Assembly (NCBI RefSeq): GCF_006345805.1
Contig: NC_043006.1
Location: forward strand, 87,916,001-87,980,000
Direction: 5' to 3'
Source of the DNA: Octopus sinensis
Taxonomy: Eukaryota
Length of the DNA: 64,000 bases
Numbering within the stretch: position 1 is the stretch's first letter; each line of letters starts with the position of its first letter. A program made the translations under genes and the position numbers. Under the pieces are notes generated by a model that saw nothing but the letters and a program-made list of their open reading frames with translations, did not search any database and was not told the DNA's origin. This document shows, one piece after another, positions 51,378 to 64,000 of this stretch.

Positions 51378-54300
51378 TCATCATCATCATCATCATCATT
51401 TAACGTCCGCTTTCCATGCTAGCAGGTTGGACGGGTTTCAACTGGGGTCTGGGGAGCCCGAAAGCTGCACCAGTCCAGTCAGATCTGGCAGTGTTTCTAC
51501 AGCTGGATGCCCTTCTAACGCCAACCACTCCGAGAGTGTAGTGGGTGATTTTATGTGCCACCGACACAGGTGCCAGACGAGGCTGACAAACGGCCACGCT
51601 CGGATGGTGTTTTTTATGTGCCACCGACACAGGTGCCAGACGAGGCTGGCAGACGGCCACGCTCGGATGGTGTTTTTATGCGCCACCGACACAGGTGCCA
51701 GACGAGGCTGGCAGACGGCCACGCTCGGATGTGTTTTTTTATGTGCCACCGACACAGGTGCCAGATGAGGCTGGCAACGGCCACGATCGGATGGTGCTTG
51801 TTACGCGCCCCAGCACGGAGGCCAGTCGATGCGGTACTGGCTACGGCCACGTTCGGATGGTTTTCTTATGTGCCACGTGCCACCGGCACTGGTACCACAC
51901 AAAGATACAAATTCCATTGATGTTCATCTATTTTGATTTGTTTTGATTTGATTTGATTTGATTTTCACTTGCCTCAACAGGTCTTCACAAGTGTCACAAG
52001 AAGGAAGGTATGCACAGGTGGACTGACTACGTCCCAGGTAGGGGCCATGGGTTATGGCCTGACTAGTCTTGCCGGGTCTTCGATGGTGTTTTTTATGTGC
52101 CACCGACACAGGTGCTAGATGAGGCTGGCGAACGGCCACGATCGGATGGTGTTTGTCATGTGCCCACCGCACGACTACGGCCTGATGGATTCTTGTGTGC
52201 CACAGGCACTGGTACCACAAGATACAAATTCCATTGATGTTCATCTATTTTGTCTATTTGATTTGATTTGATTTTGATTTTCACTTGCCTCAACCGGTCT
52301 TCACAAGTGTCACAAGAAGGAAGGAAGGTATGCACAAGGTGGCTGACTAGTCTTGCCGGGTCTTCGGAAGGTGTTTTTATGTGCCACCGACACAGGTGCC
52401 AGATGAGGCTTGCGAACGGCCATGATCGGATGGTGTTTGTTACGTGCCCACAGCACGGAGGCCGGTCGATGCGGACTGCTACGGCCACGTTCGGATGGTT
52501 CTCATGTGTGCCACCGGCACTGGTACCACAAAGTGTGTGCCACCGGCACTGGTACCACAAAGATACAGATTCCATTGATGTTCATCTATTTTGATTTGTT
52601 TTGATTTTGATTTTCACTTGCCTCAACAGGTCTTCACAATGTCACAAGAAGGAAGGTATGCACAGGTGGACTGACTACGTCCCAGGTAGGGGCCATGGGT
52701 TATGGCCTGACTAGTCTTGCCGGGTCTTCAGATGGTGTTTTTTATGTGCCACCGACACAGGTGCTAGATGAGGCTGGCGAACGGCCACGATCGGATGTGT
52801 GTTTGTCATGTGCCCACAAAACGGAGGCCAGTCGATGCGTACTGGCTACGGCCACTTTCGGATGGTTTTCTCTGTGTGCCACCGGCACTGGTACCACAAA
52901 GATACAAATTCCATTGATGTTCATCTATTTTGAGTTGTTTTGATTTGATTTTGATTTTGATTTTCACTTGCCTCACAGGCCTTCACAAGTATCACAAAGG
53001 AAGGTATGCACAGGTGGACTGACTACGTCCCAGGTAGGGGCCATGGTTTATGGCCTGACTAGTCTTGCCGGGTCTTCGGAAGGTGTTTTTTATGTGCCAC
53101 CGACCAGGTGCTAGATGAGGCTGCCGAACGGCCACGACCGGATGGTGTTTGTTATGTGCCCACAGCACGATGGCCAGTGATGCGGTACTGACTACGGCCA
53201 TGTTCGGATGGATTCTTGTGTGCCACCGGCACTGGTACCACAAGCTGTACTGACTACTTTTTATGTGCCACCGACACAGGTGCTAGATGAGGCTGGCGAA
53301 CGCCACGACCGGATGGTGTTTGTTATGTGCCCACAGCACGATGGCCATGATGCGGTACTGACTACGGCCACGTTCGGATGGATTCTTGTGTGCCACCGGC
53401 ACTGGTACCACAAGCGGTACTGACTACGGCCACGTTCGGATGGATTCTTGTGTGCCACCGGCACTGGTACCACAAGCGGTACTGACTACGGCCACGTTCG
53501 GATGGATTCTTGTGTGCCACTGGCACTGGTACCACAAGGATACAAATTCCATTGATGTTCATCTATTTTGATTTGTTTTGATTTGATTTGATTTTCACTT
53601 GCCTCAGCAGGTCTTCACAAGTCGGAAGGTATGTACAGGTGGACTGACTACGTCCCAGGTAGGGCCCACGGGTTATGACCTGACTAGTCTTGCCGGGTCT
53701 TCGGATGGTGTTTTTTATGTGCCACCATGTTCCCACAGCACGGAGGCCAGTCGATGCGGTACTGGCTACGGCCACGTTCGGATGGTTTTCTTGTGTGCCA
53801 CAGGCACTGGTACCACAAAGATACAAATTCCATTGATGTTCATCTATTTTGATTGATTTTCACTTGCCTCAGCAGGTCGGTCACAAGTGTCACAAGAAGG
53901 AAGGTATGCACAGGTGGATCGACTACGTCCCAGGTAGGGGCCACGGGATATGGCCTGACTAGTCCTGCCGGGTCCTCTCATGCACAGCACACTTCCATAG
54001 GACTCGGTCTTCAGTCATTTCCTTGGTGAGACCTAAAGTTCGAAGGTCGTGCTTCACCACCTCGTCCCAGGTTTTCCTGGGTCTACCTCTTCCACAGGTT
54101 CCCTCAACTGCTAGGTTGTAGCACTTTTGCACACAAACATCTTCAGCCATTCTCGTCACATGACCATACCAGCGCAGCCGTCTCTCTTGCACACCACAAC
54201 TGACACTTCTTAGGTTCAACTTTCTCTCAAAGTACTTACACTCTGACGATTATGAACACTGACATTACACATCCATCGGAGCATACTGGCTTCATTTCTT

Positions 54301-54565
54301 GCAAGCTTACGCATATCCTCAGCTGTCACGGCCCATGTTTCACTACCATGTAGCATGGCTGTACGTACACACGCATCATATAGTCTGCCTTTTACTCTTA
54401 GCGAGAGACCTTTTGTCACCAGCAGGGGTAAGAGCTCTCTAAACTTTGCCCAGGCTATTCTTACTCTAGCAGTTACACTTTCAGCACACCCCCACCCCCG
54501 CTACTGACTTGGTCTCCTAGGTAGCGGAAGCTATCAACTACTTCTAGTTTGTCTCCTGGAACGTG
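51378..54565 (-). mobile_element. 5'-truncated RTE-clade LINE with tandemly amplified 3' UTR and (ATG)n tail
   Basis: RT C-terminus at 54565-53959, ~2.6 kb of repeated 3' UTR, terminus gcatggaaagcggacgttaaatgatgatgatg. Confidence 0.92.
53959..54565 (-). pseudogene. RTE reverse transcriptase C-terminal region (frameshifted)
   Basis: GDKLEVVDSFRYLGDQVS...ARVRIAWAKFREL...KGRLYDACVRTAMLHGSETW...RRLRWYGHVTRM...GRGRPRKTW. A frameshift at ~54217 lies in an A-run. Confidence 0.9.
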
Positions 54566-54733
54566 GTAGAAGTTGGACTCTGCACATTTCCAGTGTTTAT
54601 TTCTCCTGAGCATCTGCCACAGACAAAAACTATTTTCTTAGTTAGCCTTCCTTTGACATTGCTGCACCTCTTATGTGTCAATAGCTTACACTTGGTGCAC
54701 CTTATAGAATATATATATACATATATATATATG

Positions 54734-54767
<34 letters not shown>

Positions 54768-55001
54768 ATATATAATAATTATATATATATATATATATAT
54801 ATATAGATAGATGAGTGTATTTTTACCTTGTTAACAATTAACACGGAAAAATAAATAAATAGTTACCAGGGCAGCAAAAATCTCACAAGTAAAGGTGTTG
54901 TAACTCCTTGTTTATAAAGGTAGAAACTTCGTGTTTACGTTGAATATTTTGAATAATATGAATAAAAAATAGAGTTAACGCAGGTGTAATAAAATATTTT
55001 T

Positions 55002-55085
55002 ACTTTCGACACATGTTTCGAAAATTCCACTGATACTATTCAAAGAAAAATGGTATAAACAATGCAATCTTTTCCTCATGAAAGT
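55002..55085 (-). ncRNA. Hammerhead ribozyme copy with mutated core (AUGAGGA)
   Basis: Mirror of 55699-55784, but C3 of CUGANGA is A (plus strand tcctcat at 55073-55079). Confidence 0.7.
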
Positions 55086-55698
55086 GAAAAAACGAAACTC
55101 GTCAATAAGACATTTTAGCAAAAAATGATGGATTTGTATAGCGATAGACTGAACGCTATTAATATTGTTTAAAAAAACGTTATATGATATAACGTCATAA
55201 GTAGCTAACAGAAAGAGTAGGGATATTAATAGTGAATGTTAAATATAAAGGAAATTAAAGTTTAAATTATATATAATGATAGAGACTACTTATATGCACT
55301 AAATGTATTAAATTTCATTAAGAATGGTTGATTCTCTCAATTTCGATACCATATGACAAAGGCAAGAAATTCTGTCTTCTCTGCAATTCTGAGCTATTTT
55401 TCATTATTTTTTCTAAAAATACTCTAGTAAACACGGTTATAGAGCGAGCATACAGATGTAAGCATTGGCAAAAACATACATTTAGTGCATATAAGTAGTC
55501 TCTATCATTATATATAATTTAAACTTTAATTTCCTTTATATTTAACATTCACTATTAATATCCCTACTCTTTCTGTTAGCTACTTATGACGTTATATCAT
55601 ATAACTTTTTTTAAACAATATTAATAGCGTTCTGTCTATCGCTATACAAATCCATCATTTTTTGCTAAAATGTCTTATTGACGAGTTTCGTTCTTTCC

Positions 55699-55784
55699 AC
55701 TTTCCTGAGGAGAAGATTGCCTTGTTTATACCATTTATTCTTTTGAATAGTATCAGTGGAATTTTCGAAACATGTGTCGAAAGT
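55699..55784 (+). ncRNA. Type I hammerhead ribozyme (Penelope-type, short helix III)
   Basis: Helix I ACUUUC (55699-704) / GAAAGU (55779-84); core CUGAGGA (55705-11); helix II GAAGAUU (55712-18) / AAUUUUC (55760-66); GAAA (55767-70); helix III AC-AUGU-GU; GUC cleavage triplet ending at 55778. Confidence 0.8.
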
Positions 55785-55914
55785 AAAAATATTTGATTAC
55801 ACCTGCGTTAACTCTATTTTTTATTCATATATATATATATTCATTATATATATATATATATTCATATATATATATATATATAATTATTCAATATATATAT
55901 ATATATATATAATA

Positions 55915-55965
<51 letters not shown>

Positions 55966-57775
55966 CATGAGATATGCATTCTTGAAGTTTTGTAGTACAC
56001 TTATTCCAAGAACACATACCTAAATTTCCATGAAAAGTGGATGTATTTGCACTTTCAAAGGGGCTCTGTCCTGTGTTATAAACCCCGTTGGGGGTTTATA
56101 TTGTAAGATGGTGAAATTTTGGAAATCTTCTTTATTTAGCACTAGTAGTTATGTTGTTATTTTCATTGAAATCAGAGGTATTTGAAATTTCACAGGGGGT
56201 GCATGCCCTCTTTTAAGCCCCCAATTGCAATGGAAAGTAAATTTTATGTAGCTCATTGTCTTTCTCATAACATTTTACATGAGATCACATACTTTGTTCT
56301 TATCTATCTTCTATTCCCTTTCGTCCTATAGATGTACAGACACATACACACAGACGTTGAGCTTTATTATATAGATGTGTGTGTGTGTGGTGTGTGGTGT
56401 GTGTGTATACACACACATACATACACACATACATATAGACAGATGTACAGAATGAGCTAAGTGGAGCAGGGGCACGAGGGGACAGAAAGTGTTGCTGAAG
56501 AGGTCAGAGATGTGTGACGAAAGATTTCCAGACAATGGACATGAGTTAGAATAAGAACAGTAATAAACAAATGAAAAACGAATATATAGCCCATGTGTTT
56601 ATTTGGGAAAAAAATATTACCATCCCGATATACAACAATATCTGTCTCAACGTACAGTTTCACATCAGGAATGTTGCAATACAAATTCATAAATGTGTGC
56701 ATGTGTGTATATATTTAAAAAATCATCATTGTCCTCTTCACTTTTTAATGTTTATTTTTCCATACTTGCATTGGTCAGTTGAAATTCATTTATTTAGATT
56801 TTCTATGGTCAGGTATGTCGTTGATGCTAAGAGAGTATGAAAGAGGCATAGAGTGAAAATTAATATAAGAGGTGCAAGATGAGGCTTTGTAGTAGAGGAT
56901 ACCACACACACAGGGACAAAGAAAGAATCATAGAGACAGATGAAGAGGCGGAGGAAGTGGAAAAGAGGGGAAACAGCAGGGCCGTTAAAGAGAGACACAG
57001 AGGAATGAAAGTGTAGCACTTAATCAAATATACGATATACACATCATAAAACAATGTCAAGGGAGCAAAAGTGAGAGGAGAGAGAGATTAAGGGGAAGTA
57101 GAGATGGGGAGCTGGTGATAGGTAGACAACAGAATGGGAAATAGTAGAGAAAGTGACAACTAGAGAAGATAGAGCTAGGAGTGGAGGCAGTCAATTATAA
57201 ATGTATTAAGGAAGAAATTAAATCATATCATATTTGAAAGGTATTCTAAAAACAATGAAAATGGTGTAATAAAATAGAGAATTATCAATTGCAAAGGTGT
57301 TTAAACAATTTCAAATGTAAAATTATGACAAGTTTTATAGAGACAAATATATGTACCTTCATTTCAATGTAAAGAGAGAAATATACACCTATTAGATAAA
57401 GTAAGAATAAATACAGAAAATAGTCAGAAATATGTATGTGTACATGTGAGTACATGTGTGTGTAAATATAGACACATTCAAATATATAAACATATACAAG
57501 TATGTAGGAATCCATACACACACATACACACATATATATATATATACATGCATCTGTATCAGAATACATGCATGTACACATACACACATATATCCTTACA
57601 TTCATATAGATATATACACATATACATACATATATATATGTATGTATGTATGTATGCATAAATTTTAAACCAATAAAAATTTTGCTTTTGCATTATATAT
57701 TTTACTTATGCATATATTTTGCTTATGCATTATATGACAGGTAACACTCTATTATCATTATCATCATTATAATCC

Positions 57776-58420
57776 TCATCGTTTAACATCCGCTCCCCAT
57801 GATGGTATAAGCTGGATGGTTTGACTGAGGGCTGGAAAGCCAGAAGGCTGCACCAGGCTCCAATCTGATCTGGCAAAGTTTCTACAGCTGGATGCCCTTC
57901 CTAACGCCAAACACTCTGAGAATGTAGTGGGTCTTTTTTACGTGCTACTGGCATGGGAGCTAATCAGGCAACACTGGCAACAATCACGCACAGATGGTGC
58001 TTTTTACGTGCCACCGGCATGGGACCAGTTAGGTGGCAATGGCATCGACCACACTCAAATGATGCTTTTTACAAACCACCAGCATGGGTGCCAGTCAGGC
58101 AGTACTGGAATTGGTCATGACAATGACTTCCCTTGACTCAACAGGTCTCCCCAAGCACAGTTTATTGCCCAATGATTGAATGGTACTCTTAAATGGGCAG
58201 GTTATGCTGCAGAGGCATAAGCCATGGTTATGATCTCACCTGGCTCGCCATGTCTTCTCAAGCACAACATATCTCCAAAGGTCTCGATCACTTGTCATCA
58301 CCTCCATGAGGCCCAACATTCAAAGGTCATCCTTCACCATCTCATTCCAAGTCTTCCTGGGTCTACCTCTTCCACAGGTTTCCTCTACTGCTAGGGTGTG
58401 ACACTTTTCCATGCAGCTGT
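57776..58420 (-). mobile_element. Short 5'-truncated RTE LINE copy with a single 3' UTR
   Basis: Minus peptide EKCHTLAVEETCGRGRPRKTWNEMVKDDL matches the 53959-54219 ORF; same 3' terminus. Confidence 0.85.
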
Positions 58421-58629
58421 CCCCAGACACATATAAATTAGGTATATACTACACACGTATAAGTCACACATTTATAAAGGGTGAAAAATAATATACAGAA
58501 AAAATTTATAAAGTAATAAAATATATATAAATATATAAGTGATGTTAAGACATATGAAAGGCTTGTATGCGAATATAATTTAAAAAGCAGATTGTATCTG
58601 TGATCTTGGTGGGGAGGGTGGTCCAAAAA

Positions 58630-58820
58630 TGTAACAAATATTTTGCCATATGTGGAAATGATCCAAGAAGTTCAGTTCTTGAATTTAGACACATAGCAGG
58701 GTCTAAAGAACATTTCCAGATAAGCCATCTTTCCATGTCGCAAAGACTGCACTTTCCACTGCTGTTAGTGTAAGGCTTATACTTGGCCAAAGTCTTCCAG
58801 TGAATCCTGCAGTCGACTCT
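58630..58820 (-). mobile_element. Penelope-like element C-terminal (GIY-YIG domain end) remnant
   Basis: IHWKTLAKYKPYTNSSGKCSLCDMERWLI...CLNSRTELLGSFPHMAKYLL matches the I.W.IL....PY....K.C.LC..EK..I....LN.R.EL...C.H..K.LL pattern. Confidence 0.8.
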
Positions 58821-59522
58821 GGGTATGTATGTGATGTGTGTATAGACTACGTTTTGTATATCCGCATATGTATGTGTATGTGCGTATAGAGGTGTGTATA
58901 TGAACATAATGATGTGTGCATTTTTGCGTGTGTTTTTATTTGTATATACATTTTCTGTGTATGTATATGCATGTGCATATAAACTATATTTTGTATATCC
59001 ACGTAAGTATGTGTGTGTGCATGTAGAGATGTATATATGAGCATAGTGATGCGTGCATGGGTATATATGCATGTGTATGTGCGTGTATGCATAGACATAT
59101 ATTTGTATATGTGTTTGTATGTATATGTACACGTCTGTGTGAGTATGTATATAGATATATATATATATATACATACATGTGTGTGTGTGCGTACATATAT
59201 GTATGTGTGTATATGTGTGTATATGTGGATTCTATGAATGAAGTATTACTTTCACCATGCACATGTGTGTGAGTATTTGCATGTATCTGTGTGAATGCAC
59301 AGTTACATGTATTGCTGCTGGTGCTTATGAGTTTCTTTTTATGTGAATCGCACATCTGATGTTTATGCATATGAATTTACATATGCACATACATATATAT
59401 GTATGTTTAGAAGGATGGATGGATGTATTATGTATATATATATATGTGTGCATATAATAAAAATACTAAAGAATAGTAAAAAGTAAATTGCAAGATAATA
59501 TCCAGAGGTTGTGAGATTGAAA

Positions 59523-59805
59523 CAGACACGAGTACTCTTAACATAGTTCCCGGGGAGATTCACCATGACACACAGTGTGACAAGACTGGCCCTTTGAAAT
59601 AGAGGTAGAAGAGAAACAGGAAAAAAGTGTGAGAGAAATTTGTGATGAAAGAATACAGCAGGGTTCGCCACCAACCCCTGCCATAGCCTCATGGAGATTT
59701 TGGTATTTTTGCTCAATAAACTCTCACAATGATGGGTCTGGGAATTGAAACCACTATACTATGACCATGAGTCCACTGCCCTAACCACTAGGCCATTGCA
59801 CCTCC
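59523..59805 (-). mobile_element. tRNA-derived SINE family B, second copy
   Basis: Colinear with 17075-17452. Confidence 0.85.
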
Positions 59806-60594
59806 ACTATAGATAAACATACATATAATTGCATAAGATTTGTGGGTGTGAAATTGGCAAATATATCTCTTTTTGCATTTTGTGTCTTAGTGTGCATAGA
59901 GAGGTAGGGATGCATGAGTAAAAATATATCTGCAACTTAAGCAAAGTGTGATTTTGAATATGACTGGTTTGTGTCAAAAAATATTATAACATAAAATGTC
60001 ATGCAGATATTAATGCAAGAATTGCCACAAACCGTACACGTACTTGAACAACATGACTCCATATAAATTTGAAATGTTGAAGGAACAAGTAACATGACTT
60101 TTAAATGAAAAATTTTTACATGAAAAGCCATGACATGTTTTATAACAATCAAACTCTCCACCACCCTTTCTTTCTCTCTTTTTTTTTCTCTTTGTCAGTT
60201 TGTGTAAGATTGCATCTGTTTTCACTACTGAATTATAAACTGTTTTGTGCACCCTATTCATTATCTTCCCACACATCCTAACTAGCATCACCATTGTCAA
60301 CATAAATATTCTCTACATTCTGATTTAGTCTCATAATGTTCCAAGTTCAAATGCTTTTGTGGTTGATTTGACTTTTTTCCATCCAGTATTTGCTGAAATA
60401 AATATTATTTTCTGTCAATCGATTTTCCCAATCTTACATGGACTGAAAGGTATACCTGTTGAAGCAACTAGTTTATAACTGGATGCCTTCTCTGCTTCTA
60501 ATCACTTGACTGTGAAACAAAAAATGCAAGGGTGTGGTCCTGACTTTGAGGGTCTGGTCAAGCAAACTAGAGTTAATGGTTAAGTATCTTATTT

Positions 60595-60810
60595 ACCCTT
60601 TTGTTGCCATATTTTGATTAATAAATGCTACCTTTGCTTCACTTGGTTTTTAAAATAATGAAGAATTTAATAAAATAACTTTTGATTTCTAAGCCGGGAT
60701 CTGGAACAAATTAGCATAAAATTTTGATGGAAGATTATAATTCAGACCACTTTAAAACAGTAAGTCTGCGTCATAAAACCTGGGACAGTCTCAAGTGGGT
60801 CGGTATCAAT
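60595..60810 (+). mobile_element. piggyBac-like MITE, same family as 1130-1362
   Basis: Begins tttaccctttt; interior shared with the inverted copy near 1.2 kb. Confidence 0.6.
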
Positions 60811-61369
60811 TCAATGGCAGTAGCAATATTTGAACTCATTATCACATGGTCAATAAACTAATATCTCCTCTCACCTCAACCTTACATTAACCACTCTAAT
60901 GTCCTCACAAGAACATTGACACACTGGTTTGTAATTTATTTTGTAGACACCAACTTATAAATGTTTAAACTCTACATCAGTTATTTCAATGTCACCAGTT
61001 TCTATGTAAAGACATGTTAAGGTCATAGGTACCACCCTTTTCTTCTGATTAAGAGAAAAATTAATTAAGCTCACAGCTATTGTGTCTCACTAAATACAAT
61101 TATAATTTCTTTTGATTACATAAAATCATTTTCTAGATAGGAGGGCACAAATGCAGTCAAGCACAGCCTTGTAGTTTAGATCTATACATGTGACAGTTTA
61201 ACCATTGTATGTTCTGGATTGATAATTTTAACCGAAAATTAATCACAGAGTCGTGTTTAATGATTATGTTAGGTTAATCAATGGATATACAATCTCTGAA
61301 ATATTTCATATAATTTCTGATCTAAAAAATTACTACATACTTACATGTATATAAGGTTAATAAGTCAAA

Positions 61370-62360
<991 letters not shown>

Positions 62361-63895
62361 GTGTGTGTGGTGTGTGTGTGTGTGTGTATTTATGTATGCA
62401 TGTATATATGTTGATGTTGAAATCTGTTTAACCAATCAGTCAAGAATCATCCATTCAGCCGTGTTTACTAACAGAATATTTTTGCAGTTTTTTTCAAATC
62501 TGTTTCCTCCTGATTTGTACAAAATTATAGATCAACTAGAAAACAGACCACAACTCACAGATATAAATCCATAATATACGTTGGAGGATGTTATAAAATT
62601 TCAATTTCCTGATCATTGGTTATACAACATAAAGATATATTGGAGCATAACATTTTTAAAAGTAATAAAATTCAAAAAGATTAAAGACAACTCTATAGAT
62701 TAAAAATGTAATATAATTTATTACTGATATTCCAGTGATGTGTGTAGTATAGACAGCAGAAAAGGAACATGATTTACTATGTTATCTAATTTGATAATTG
62801 AAGGTTCTGGGTTTAAATTCTGTTGGGATGACCTTTTCATGTACCTCAAAGTCAATAAAATAAATACTAGCTAGAGACATTACCATATTAGCAGACAACA
62901 ACCAATCTTTACAAATGATTTTGTGCTAAGTTAAAGTGATATCATATTTTTGCTGTTTGTTATTTGTACGTATTTCTATGAAAGGCATTGCATTGTGATC
63001 TGAAACAAGATACTCATCACTATTTATTCATGGCTTCATGTTTATCTAAGACATAATCGTTATTGATGTCATAGCTATTAAGTAGCACAATTATGTTGTA
63101 AGAAAATGTTTAAGTCCAAAAGGACCTAATCAAATATTCACAGTGAAAAATGAGAAGGCAAAAAAAAAAATCACTACTAACAGAAGTGACTGGAAACTGC
63201 AAGAATGATTTGTATCTCTTCCATTCATTTATTCATTTACTGGTACAAAGTCATTTAACTGCAGGCATACTGTGACACCAAATTTAAGTGTACTTAGTTG
63301 ACTGTATCAGACTCTCTCTATATATATGAGAATAAAATATGATATAAAATAACATAAACATATGGTGTGTGTATATATATATATATAGATATATAGTTCA
63401 AAGTTATAGAAAAACAAAGACAGGTGTAGGAACAACAAGCAAAAGTATTAGTTTGACGCTCAGGAAAAATGGAATAATCTTTTACATTTCAAGCCTATGC
63501 TCTTCGACAGAAAAGAATAAGAGAAAATAAATTGAAAAAGAATGAAAAAAAATGTGTTAAGTTCAGAAGGGAGATAATAATAGACAGAGGTTGAATGAAG
63601 GAGAGATAATTCATGGTGATCCCAACAAGAGGAGGAATGGTGTGAGTATCCCAGTGTCTATGTGTGAATGGAGGCGAGTGAGTTTGACATGTATGTGTGA
63701 GCATGTGTAATGTGTGTGTGTGTAGCAGTTGATGTGTGATTTTTCACATGGTGTGTACACACATGAATGTTTGTGTGTGTTGTGTGTGTGTGCGTGTGTG
63801 TGTGCGTGTCACTGTAACCAAATAATGTGCATGTGTATAGTGTATGTATGTGAGCGATATATATATAATAAAATAAGTTATAAAATAACATAACA

Positions 63896-63964
<69 letters not shown>

Positions 63965-64000
63965 AATAATAATAAAATATGATATAAAATAACGTAATAT

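Larger units (their letters stand above)
54956..55830. repeat. Long inverted repeat: arms 54956-55308 and 55476-55830, 167-bp spacer (probable Penelope-like pLTR pair)
   Basis: The arms are reverse complements along their whole length with only scattered substitutions and small indels. Confidence 0.95.

Noticed and set aside
51555-53900. CRISPR-like repeat array
   Set aside because: Eukaryotic context, no unique spacers, no cas genes; the units are RTE 3' UTR sequence.
54210-54225. Programmed frameshift in the RTE ORF
   Set aside because: A single-base loss in an A-run of a 5'-truncated dead copy; mutation or sequencing error is more parsimonious.

Overview
AT-rich, microsatellite-saturated animal genomic DNA. 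The repeat families are ones I recall from Octopus-type cephalopod genomes; this is inference from memory, not a search. There is a 100-N assembly gap at 13104-13203. No recognisable host gene, rRNA, true tRNA or CRISPR array is present, and most entries in the ORF track are translations of simple repeats. The window is a mosaic of transposable elements: at least three SINE families, RTE LINE 3' ends including one 3.2-kb copy with RT C-terminus, Dong/R4, CR1/L2-type and Penelope-like retroelement remnants, a Gypsy integrase fragment, mariner remnants, TTAA-flanked MITEs and Helitron/Helentron-like non-autonomous elements. Most notable: (i) a type I hammerhead ribozyme with an intact core in one arm of a ~355-bp inverted repeat (54956-55830), whose opposite arm carries a core-mutated copy, plus four further hammerhead-like motifs; (ii) an RTE copy whose stop codon and 3' UTR occur six times in tandem; (iii) two independent insertions of Helitron-like elements into the internal (TA)n of the same SINE family. 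A few minus-strand exon candidates are reported at low confidence.
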